A DNA stretch of 15,345 bases from an uncultured archaeon (lineage in GTDB: Archaea > Asgardarchaeota > Thorarchaeia > Thorarchaeales > Thorarchaeaceae). The stretch lies in NCBI GenBank assembly GCA_964610875.1, contig CAZSWP010000060.1, positions 1 to 15,345 of the forward strand, written 5' to 3'. Numbering within the stretch: position 1 is the first letter of the stretch; every line of letters starts with the position of its first letter. Shown in pieces: positions 1-7,834 of this stretch. The notes below the pieces were generated by a model that was not told where the DNA came from, ran no database searches, and saw nothing but the letters and a program-made list of their open reading frames with translations. The translations under genes and the position numbers were made by a program.

Positions 1-243
1 TGATCTCACAGAGCCATTACCAGAACCGTTTTTGCGAAGACAATGCTCTGGTTTCCAGAATTGTATAGATTACAATGAACGGTGTATTTGAAAGTAAAAC
101 ACTGACTATGATAATTATACGGATAACAAAATTTTGTCATCTATTACAACCCACAGGCCACCCTTCTCTTCAGGGATTTTATGATGTATATAACATCTTT
201 AAAAGCTAGATGTCAGCAATATTATACTCGAAGCGGTGTTTTC

Positions 244-1050
244 ATGTTAGTACTTGGCGCATCATATTATTCTGGCTGTGATATCAGTTTCTCTGAATTT
301 GCTGAGTTATGTTCTTCATTAGAAATGAATTTCATTGAAATCCAACTAGAACCACCATATTTGCCTGATACAATGCGCGAATCTGATGTGCTTGAATTAA
401 AGACCATACTCGAATCAAACAATATGCAGGCAACAATTCATGCTCCTTATGATGATGTTAACCTATCAAGTCTAAAGGAATCAATCAGAAGAGCTTCTGT
501 AGAGATCTTTAAACAGTCAGTGGATATTGCAAATGTGATTGATGCAGAAATTGTCGTTGTTCATGCAGGTACATGTCCTGCTGATCAATTCATGAGAGAA
601 GATGAAGCAAGAAATCGATTCATGGCAAGCATCTTAGACTTGGGATTCTATGCAAAGGAGATTGGTATAGTAATTGGTCTTGAGAATAAACAGAAGGGAA
701 TGGATAGAGAGATAGTATTGCATCCAGAAGAACACTATGACTATCTTAGTGATTTACACGATTTAGGAGTAAGTGGTGTTTTTGATGCAGGACATGCGAA
801 TACAGTAACATCTAATCTATTGTCGTATCTAAGAAAACTCGTCCCATACCTCTGTGAAGTGCATCTGCACGACAATGATGGAATAAGGGACACTCATGTC
901 GGTCTTGGAAAGGGCTCAGTTAATACTGAAGAAATTGTAAAAGAATTAGTTGCCATTGATTTTCAAGGACCTGTGATTTTAGAACTGAAAACTGAATCTG
1001 ATATTCGAGAAGGTGTAGAATTTATTCGTGATATAGAGGGCAGTTGCTAG
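244..1050 (+). CDS. Sugar phosphate isomerase/epimerase family TIM-barrel metalloprotein (xylose isomerase-like / AP endonuclease 2 fold)
   Basis: Motifs HAPYxxxNLSS, VVVHAG, LEN, FDAGHA, EVHLHDNDGxxDTHxxLGxG and ILE are the metal-ligand pattern of this family. Start moved from 181 to the ATG at 244 (MLVLGAS), which follows a GGTG SD-like element. Confidence 0.85.
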   Translation: MLVLGASYYSGCDISFSEFAELCSSLEMNFIEIQLEPPYLPDTMRESDVLELKTILESNNMQATIHAPYDDVNLSSLKESIRRASVEIFKQSVDIANVIDAEIVVVHAGTCPADQFMREDEARNRFMASILDLGFYAKEIGIVIGLENKQKGMDREIVLHPEEHYDYLSDLHDLGVSGVFDAGHANTVTSNLLSYLRKLVPYLCEVHLHDNDGIRDTHVGLGKGSVNTEEIVKELVAIDFQGPVILELKTESDIREGVEFIRDIEGSC

Positions 1051-1133
1051 TATACTATTTTTATTCATAACTAGTAGCATTCCAAAATTTGCCATCAGGT
1101 AGACTTTTTTCTGAACAACAACTTCTAAGATTT

Positions 1134-2096
1134 ATGATTTCATTGTCTGATGTTCGTGCTGCTCATGAACGAATTAAACAACATGCAATTCATACTCCTG
1201 TAATGACTTCATCTACTGTTGATAGTTTGACTGGGTGCTCAGTATTCTTCAAATGTGAGAATTTTCAGAGAGTTGGAGCTTTCAAGTTTAGGGGAGCTCT
1301 TAACGCTGTTAGTCTATTGAGTGAAGAAAAAAGAATGCATGGCGTTATTGCTCATTCATCTGGAAATCATGCACAGGCACTTTCACTAGCAGCCACAATG
1401 TTGGGTGTGAAATCAACGATAGTGATGCCAAGTAATTCCCCAAAAGTGAAAGTGGACGCAACTAGAGGATATGGTGCAGAAGTAGTCTTTTGTGAACCCA
1501 CAGTGGAGAGTAGAGTGAAAACTGCAACAGAACTGATTGAAAAGCATGGTTATACTCTTGTCCATCCATATGATAATGAATACGTGATTGCTGGTGCTGG
1601 CACTGCTGCATTAGAATTGATGACTGAGATAGATACATTGGACCTAATAATGACACCACTTGGAGGTGGGGGGCTGCTTAGTGGGACCTCAATTGCTGCA
1701 AAGGGATTAGACGAATCAATCGGAGTCTTTGGTGTGGAACCTCTTAATGCTGATGATGCTTATCGTTCACTCCAACTTGGCGAGATTCAACCAAGCATTA
1801 ATCCGGATACTATTGCTGATGGTCTAAAGACGAGTCTTTGTAATCTGACATTTAAAATAATACAGCAAAATGTTGATGAAATCATTACTGTAAAGGAATC
1901 AGAAATCGTAAACGCAATGCGAATTCTATGGGAACGAATGAAAATAGTTGTAGAACCTTCTGGAGCTGTCCCCTTGGCTGGACTTCTCAAAATTCATGGG
2001 GATGTTGAAGGTTCACGTATTGGGATTATTCTAAGTGGAGGAAACGTAGACCTAGATGCCCTATTTTTAGAATATGAGAAAAGAATTCGTGAGTAA
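1134..2096 (+). CDS. PLP-dependent serine racemase / serine-threonine dehydratase family enzyme (fold type II, no ACT domain)
   Basis: FKCENFQRVGAFKFRGA (PLP lysine), HSSGNHAQA, GGGGLLSG, VEPxxADD, TIADG and ILSGGN. The ATG at 1134 (MISLSDV) is preferred over the TTG at 1089. Confidence 0.9.
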   Translation: MISLSDVRAAHERIKQHAIHTPVMTSSTVDSLTGCSVFFKCENFQRVGAFKFRGALNAVSLLSEEKRMHGVIAHSSGNHAQALSLAATMLGVKSTIVMPSNSPKVKVDATRGYGAEVVFCEPTVESRVKTATELIEKHGYTLVHPYDNEYVIAGAGTAALELMTEIDTLDLIMTPLGGGGLLSGTSIAAKGLDESIGVFGVEPLNADDAYRSLQLGEIQPSINPDTIADGLKTSLCNLTFKIIQQNVDEIITVKESEIVNAMRILWERMKIVVEPSGAVPLAGLLKIHGDVEGSRIGIILSGGNVDLDALFLEYEKRIRE

Positions 2097-2202
2097 TACA
2101 TTCACCTTACTCTCCAGTATATACAAGTGCTTCCAAAGGTACTAATTGATATCGTAATATCTATGGAGGGGATTTCACATTGTTATACTGAGGTCTAAGA
2201 GA

Positions 2203-3303
2203 ATGGACCGTTGGATCATGCATGTTGATATGGACGCTTTTTTTGCCTCTGTAGAACAATATAGAATTCATCCTGAACTAGAGGGTAAACCGGTCTGTGT
2301 TGGTCATGATCCAAAGAGCGGTACAGGTAGAGGTGTTGTGCGAGCTGCATCATATGAGGCTAGAGCGTTCGGAATAAAGTCGGGGATGCCTGTTTCAACA
2401 GCTTACAGACTATGCCCAGATGCGGCATTTGTCGGTGGCAGTTTTGAAAATTACGTGACTGCCTCAGATGAGTTCATGAACATTTTGAGAATAGTTGCAG
2501 ATGACAATCGGGTTCGAAGAGCTAGTATCGATGAAGCTTATATTGGAGTTACTGAAGGTGTATCGGATTTCGGTTCTCCTGTAGATATGGCTAGAGAGTT
2601 ACAAAGTACAATAAAAGAACAAACACGATTGCCCTGTTCAATTGGTATTGCTTCTAACATGTCGGTTGCCAAGGTTGCTACTGGAATGAACAAACCTCTT
2701 GGAATTACTTTTGTTGAGCAGGACCCAGTGAAAGTGGCTGCGTTCTTGGCTCCACTTGATGTAAGGGCAATAAATGGTGTTGGTGCTAAGACTGCTGAGC
2801 GGTTAAATCAATTTGGAATAGAGAAACTCGGTCAAATTCAAAGTATGTCAGTTACTGAACTCTGGCCTATCATGGGTAAAGGTTCTCCATGGTTACATAA
2901 AAGGTCATTAGGAATTGATGACCGTCCACTCGTTGATAATGGCCCAAGAATAAGGAAATCAATTAGTAAGGATAGAACTTTCATGGTTGATGTAGAATCT
3001 GAAGCCGTTTCTTACATACAAGAAACTGTTGAAACAATCTGCTCCAGAATTTCGGAGAAGCTGATGAAGAAAGAATTACAGTTCAAAACTGTAACAATAA
3101 AGATCAGATATGCTGACTATTCCACAATTCAAAGAAGTAGAAGTATTAGGATTGGTACAGATGATGGTGATGTTCTATTAAAAATGGCAAATGACATCTT
3201 TATGCAAGAGAGAGACCCAACAAGATCAATTCGTCTGATTGGAGTAAAGGTGTCAGGTCTTACAGAGAAGTCTTCTCAGTGTGTTCTTACTGAATTCCTG
3301 TAA
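2203..3303 (+). CDS. dinB: Y-family DNA polymerase IV (DinB/Dbh/Dpo4-like)
   Basis: HVDMDAFFASVE, AASYEARAFGIKSGMP, SIDEAY, AKVAT..KP.G, HhH motif GVGAKT, little-finger domain (KSISKDRTF, TVTIKIRY, IRLIGV) and a C-terminal PIP box QCVLTEFL. GAGGT SD upstream. Confidence 0.95.
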   Translation: MDRWIMHVDMDAFFASVEQYRIHPELEGKPVCVGHDPKSGTGRGVVRAASYEARAFGIKSGMPVSTAYRLCPDAAFVGGSFENYVTASDEFMNILRIVADDNRVRRASIDEAYIGVTEGVSDFGSPVDMARELQSTIKEQTRLPCSIGIASNMSVAKVATGMNKPLGITFVEQDPVKVAAFLAPLDVRAINGVGAKTAERLNQFGIEKLGQIQSMSVTELWPIMGKGSPWLHKRSLGIDDRPLVDNGPRIRKSISKDRTFMVDVESEAVSYIQETVETICSRISEKLMKKELQFKTVTIKIRYADYSTIQRSRSIRIGTDDGDVLLKMANDIFMQERDPTRSIRLIGVKVSGLTEKSSQCVLTEFL

Positions 3304-3377
3304 TTCTAATCTTCTGTTATATCATCATATTCAAGTATATTGTACTCGAACCTGGAATTCATCAATGGTGCAATCTC

Positions 3378-4091
3378 ATGGGTTCGAAAAGAAAAATTCA
3401 CGAGGCTCTTTTTCTCAAGAGACCCAACAGATTTCTTGGAATCATCCAATTAAAAGAAAATGAGGTTGAAGCATTTATCCCGAATCCTGGCAGGATGCAT
3501 GAGCTACTCTATGAAGGGAAACAAGTGTATATCAGAGAGGCATCATCAAAAAAAAGAAAGACTAACTATGATATCATTGCTGTTCATCATAATGATGTGA
3601 TTGTTTCCATTGATTCAAATCTTCCAAATAGATTCGTCAAGAAGCTTCTCAAAAACAGAGAGTTTCCAATCATTCAAGACTATTGTGATTTCAAATCAGA
3701 ACCAAGTATGTTTGGGGGTAGATTCGATTTCAGAGTTGATAGTGAAAATGGGCCCACTTTTGTTGAGGTCAAGTCTTGTACTCTCGTTGAGGATCGAAGA
3801 GCTTTATTTCCTGATGCTCCCACTCTCAGAGGTGCGAGACACATGAAACATCTAACAAAAGCACTGAAAGAAAGAATTGCTGTTGATGCAAAAGTTCTCT
3901 TTGTCATTCAACGTCCTGACGCAGATGTCTTTTCTCCAAATGACCCCACTGATCCAATATTTGCTCATGAGTTGAGAGAGGCTTCGAAAAATGGAGTAGG
4001 CGTACATGCAATAACCACGGAGCTTGTTGATTGGAACCTGGAATATATCAGAGAGATTCCTGTACAACTTGACTATTTCTCATCCGATTGA
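3378..4091 (+). CDS. sfsA: SfsA family DNA/RNA nuclease (sugar fermentation stimulation protein homolog)
   Basis: RPNRF, PNPGRM, RKTxYD, RFDF, EVKSCTL, FPDAPTxRGxRH and LFVIQR are the SfsA signature set. Confidence 0.93.
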   Translation: MGSKRKIHEALFLKRPNRFLGIIQLKENEVEAFIPNPGRMHELLYEGKQVYIREASSKKRKTNYDIIAVHHNDVIVSIDSNLPNRFVKKLLKNREFPIIQDYCDFKSEPSMFGGRFDFRVDSENGPTFVEVKSCTLVEDRRALFPDAPTLRGARHMKHLTKALKERIAVDAKVLFVIQRPDADVFSPNDPTDPIFAHELREASKNGVGVHAITTELVDWNLEYIREIPVQLDYFSSD

Positions 4092-4162
4092 GAAAGCGTT
4101 ATGCATCAACCTTTTTTGATGAATTTCACTTATATCAATCAGCAAAATTGTGAAATGGGGAT

Positions 4163-5251
4163 ATGACATTGAAACCAAAAGAGTTAGTGTTATTCTTTCT
4201 TTTATTTATGGCATTAGCACTCTTACCTAGCGGTTTCTTTCTGAGTGTTCATGGTGAAATAATCATCTTCGGAATATTCTATACTCTTAGTACCGAAACA
4301 ACTCAAGTATACATAGGACCTACAATGACAGCACTGGATTATCTGAATTGGACCTTGATACTAACTCCCTCGTTCTATTTCCTATATAGATTTAGAGATG
4401 GATTAGATGATTCAAGTTCATGGACTTTGGCAAGTATATCCATAGCACTTACGTTTCTAGTAGGACTGATGGTGGATGGTGAAGGCTTTTTTCAAAGTGA
4501 TATGATATACCCTGGAAGACTAACACCCATTATAACCATGATACCATGCATAACATATCTGATTATTATTCCATTGATTCTGCGTTTTAATCATACAGGG
4601 AATTTCGATTCCATAGAATCACTCGAATGGAATCGTTACACAATAAAGCAAAATTTTAGGAAATTATTAAGATACTACTGGACTAGTTTTCTAATGATCA
4701 TTGGTTTGGTTGTTCCCAATATTTTACATCTTCAAATTGGTTCTTTTGATTATCGAAATTTCTATGTCAATGTGGATGGCTTTTCCTACATTGGTTCTAC
4801 AGGTTTGTACTACCAATCTCAAAGAATTACAACTGGTCCTCAGTTTGCTGTTGAGTATATATTTGGGAACTTGAATGTATCAGATTTCTTCTTCCATTGG
4901 TTACCAGCAATATTTCTCATCGTACAATATTTGCGCTATAGAGAAAATCAGATATCCTCGAAATCTCTCAAGCTCGCTCTCGCCATCTCTCTAATCCCAA
5001 TAGCATTTCAAGTGTATATGTTCGTTCTTTTAGTCAGTGGATTCTCTACTGTTAGTTTCATGGCGATACCAACACCATTTCTCTATCTGTTCTTATTCAT
5101 TATCAATAAGCGAATTTCTTTCGGGAAAGCAGAACAAGCTGAATATATTGAGGGTGTTTCTAGGAAACGAGATGAAAAAGTAAACGTTCCAATAACCTAC
5201 GTCATTAGATCTTTCTTGACACGTTCGAGGAGTGAAAATCATGAGAATTAG
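4163..5251 (+). CDS. Hypothetical polytopic membrane protein (roughly 8 or more hydrophobic segments, possibly internally duplicated)
   Basis: 362-aa ORF with repeated long hydrophobic stretches. No family motif recognised. Confidence 0.7.
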   Translation: MTLKPKELVLFFLLFMALALLPSGFFLSVHGEIIIFGIFYTLSTETTQVYIGPTMTALDYLNWTLILTPSFYFLYRFRDGLDDSSSWTLASISIALTFLVGLMVDGEGFFQSDMIYPGRLTPIITMIPCITYLIIIPLILRFNHTGNFDSIESLEWNRYTIKQNFRKLLRYYWTSFLMIIGLVVPNILHLQIGSFDYRNFYVNVDGFSYIGSTGLYYQSQRITTGPQFAVEYIFGNLNVSDFFFHWLPAIFLIVQYLRYRENQISSKSLKLALAISLIPIAFQVYMFVLLVSGFSTVSFMAIPTPFLYLFLFIINKRISFGKAEQAEYIEGVSRKRDEKVNVPITYVIRSFLTRSRSENHEN

Positions 5252-5329
5252 TGATAGAATCGAACAGTCTAAAAGCGTAAAGATACCGAAACTAAATGAA
5301 ATCGCTGTGTGGAGGGTGAATATCTAAAG

Positions 5330-6241
5330 ATGCTGCGCCAGATTATTGAACAGATGAGTGATAATGAGCTAGTATCGCTTGCAATAACCACAAAAATTCC
5401 TTTGACTTCTCGAACAATGAGTCGTAGACTACTAATCGAAAAGATTTGTGAAAACGTGTCTGAGTTTGAGGATAGGAAACCATCCAAAGAAAGACTCAAT
5501 GACCCCGCTGTTCAAATAGAAGGACTTCACAAGACCTTCGGCAAAAAAGTGGCTGTGAAAAAACTTGATTTGACTGTTTCACCAGGCGAAATTCTTGGAC
5601 TTGTTGGACCTAACGGTGCTGGTAAGACGACTACTCTTCGTTGCATGACTGGCATAATTAGCCCTACAGAAGGTTCCGTCAAAGTAAATGGTTTGGATAT
5701 GAGTGAAGAACCTATTCCAGCTAAGAAGATGATAGGTTACATTCCTGAGAGACCTACCTGCTATCCGAGTCTCAGAGTACGAGAATATTTGACCTTCATG
5801 GCCCGTATTTATGGGGTATCGAAGATAGATGCAATTGTAAGAACAAGAGAATATGTAGAACTGTTTCAGCTTGATGAACTCATTAATACGTACATTGGCA
5901 CACTCTCAAAAGGAAATCTCCAAAGAACATTATTAGCTGGAATTTTCATCAGAGATCCTCCCTATATTTTGGCATTTGACGAGCCAATATATGGTCTTGA
6001 CCCTCGTGGTGCATGGAGTCTAAAAGCACACCTAAGAAAACTTCGAGATGAAGGGTCTGCTATTCTGATTTCGACTCATATTCTTGAGGTTGCTGAAGGG
6101 TTGTGTGATAGATTCGTGATTATGAACCATGGCAATGTTGTAGGGAAAGGAACACTTGATGAATTACTGAGCCAATTTGATGGTATATCAAGCTTAGAAG
6201 AAGTGTTCCTAATGTTGACAGGCGGCATTCCTGAGAAGTAG
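5330..6241 (+). CDS. ABC transporter ATP-binding protein (ABC-2/exporter type) with an N-terminal extension of about 60 aa
   Basis: Walker A GPNGAGKTT, Q-loop region GYIPE, signature LSKGN, Walker B/D-loop ILAFDEPxxGLDP, H-loop ISTH and C-terminal SLEEVFL. The ATG at 5330 has a strong GGAGGGTGA SD about 10 nt upstream; the GTG at 5309 is the alternative. Confidence 0.92.
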   Translation: MLRQIIEQMSDNELVSLAITTKIPLTSRTMSRRLLIEKICENVSEFEDRKPSKERLNDPAVQIEGLHKTFGKKVAVKKLDLTVSPGEILGLVGPNGAGKTTTLRCMTGIISPTEGSVKVNGLDMSEEPIPAKKMIGYIPERPTCYPSLRVREYLTFMARIYGVSKIDAIVRTREYVELFQLDELINTYIGTLSKGNLQRTLLAGIFIRDPPYILAFDEPIYGLDPRGAWSLKAHLRKLRDEGSAILISTHILEVAEGLCDRFVIMNHGNVVGKGTLDELLSQFDGISSLEEVFLMLTGGIPEK

Positions 6242-7834
6242 GTGATCCAATTGCAGATAAAAACGCCAACACTAGTTAAAAATGAAATACGAATGTTGTT
6301 CAATCAATTCAAGCATACTTTAACAACACCTTCAATGTTGGCTTTCTACTGCATTACTTTTTTTGGAGCGCTTTTCGTGAGTACTATAGTATCATCATTT
6401 GTTAGTTTTGCGCCCCTCTTCACGCAGGTTCCAATCATGGTAGAATCTTTCATTGAGCGTGAAATGATAATCTCCACATTAGGCATTCTTACGGTCACAT
6501 CTATCGCAGGGGGTTACTTTGGATTGGGTCCAGCAGAAGTGTTGGAAACCTCTGATGAACACATAATGATGCCCGCCCCAATACAACCACATCAGCTATT
6601 CATTAGCCGGTATACACGTAGAGCTGTCAGAAAGATATTCTATTTCTTTATGGGATTATTCATTATCTTTCCTTTGATTGCCACTGCGGATCTATTGATT
6701 CCTGTAATCCTTGTTCTTATTATCTCGCTAATCTTCTTCCTTGAGACTAACTATTTTCTTGGCGGGATAATGAGTACTATCCGGTCGAGAATCGATGTTA
6801 AAACACAATCGAAGTGGAGATACATAATTCTACCACTTGCAATTCTTGCTGCTTACGTTCCTTCTCTACCCCCACTATCTCAGAACTACTTTGTATTGTT
6901 GGCTTTTCCTGCCAATCAGATATCTCTTATCATAATGGAAGTTACAAGTATCCATGCATTTGGTGTGATTATTACAGATATCCTAATTCTAATGTTAATC
7001 GGATATTCCATTTCATTTCTTGTTCTTGCAAATATTACAAGTTACGAGTATTATGAAAACTTCTCAATCAGTGTTAGTAAGCAGGAATCGGAGAGTAGGA
7101 TCAGTAAGAAGATTAGAGGAGAAGTGGATTTCTCTGAATCGCGATTCGATGATCCGATGATGTGGATAATCCTCAAAGATTTTTGGAGTAGGATGAGAAC
7201 ACCGCTTCAATTCTGGAAATACATCTATGTCCTATTCGGTTCATTTTTTGTAGCGTATTTGAATATTGTACGGCCATCATGGCTTCCACCAGCACCAATA
7301 CCTCCCCAACTAGGATACGCTTCGATTCCAGCTTTTCTCCTATTAATCATTCTAATGACACAAATATCTAGTCTGACATCATTACTGTCTTTTGTTGATG
7401 AGAGAGAGAATATCTACTTGATCAAAGTAAGTCCATTCAAGAGTAGGGATGTTGTGTTAGCTAAATATCTCTTCAGCGTCCTTGAAGTTGCAATAACTGC
7501 AATTCCCATGTATGGGTTGCTTGTATATTTCTTCAGAGTTGAGGGTTCGGGTTTCTTGATATTTCTTGCAGCTCCTATGATTTTGATCTTTTGTGCTACT
7601 GGTACTATGGCTGGAGCCTATATTCCTGTTTTCACTAACGATCCTAGAAATCCTCCTGTTCCATTAGCGTTCTCATTTCCAACAATTAATCTCATCATTG
7701 GAGCATCTGTGGTATACCTCTCTGCTACATACGCTGCAGATCTGATTTTGTTAGTTCTACTCCCAACCTTCACCCTCTTTATTGTGGGCATCTTCTTGTG
7801 GTTATCAGTACGGGCATTGGATTCATACAGATGA
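6242..7834 (+). CDS. ABC exporter permease, large multi-TM type, partner of the upstream ATPase
   Basis: Starts directly after the ATPase stop (TAG-GTG). Two hydrophobic halves with ABC-2-like motifs (KNEIRM..., MxAPIxPxQLFISR; KDFWSRMR..., ERENIYLIKVSPxxxRDVVLAKY). Confidence 0.82.
   Translation: MIQLQIKTPTLVKNEIRMLFNQFKHTLTTPSMLAFYCITFFGALFVSTIVSSFVSFAPLFTQVPIMVESFIEREMIISTLGILTVTSIAGGYFGLGPAEVLETSDEHIMMPAPIQPHQLFISRYTRRAVRKIFYFFMGLFIIFPLIATADLLIPVILVLIISLIFFLETNYFLGGIMSTIRSRIDVKTQSKWRYIILPLAILAAYVPSLPPLSQNYFVLLAFPANQISLIIMEVTSIHAFGVIITDILILMLIGYSISFLVLANITSYEYYENFSISVSKQESESRISKKIRGEVDFSESRFDDPMMWIILKDFWSRMRTPLQFWKYIYVLFGSFFVAYLNIVRPSWLPPAPIPPQLGYASIPAFLLLIILMTQISSLTSLLSFVDERENIYLIKVSPFKSRDVVLAKYLFSVLEVAITAIPMYGLLVYFFRVEGSGFLIFLAAPMILIFCATGTMAGAYIPVFTNDPRNPPVPLAFSFPTINLIIGASVVYLSATYAADLILLVLLPTFTLFIVGIFLWLSVRALDSYR

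Noticed and set aside
1-180. Possible 3' end of an upstream gene (e.g. + frame 2-91, DLTEPLPEPFLRRQCSGFQNCIDYNERCI*)
   Set aside because: Too short and with no recognisable motif. An alternative open frame (3-68) is equally possible, so it cannot be supported from this window.
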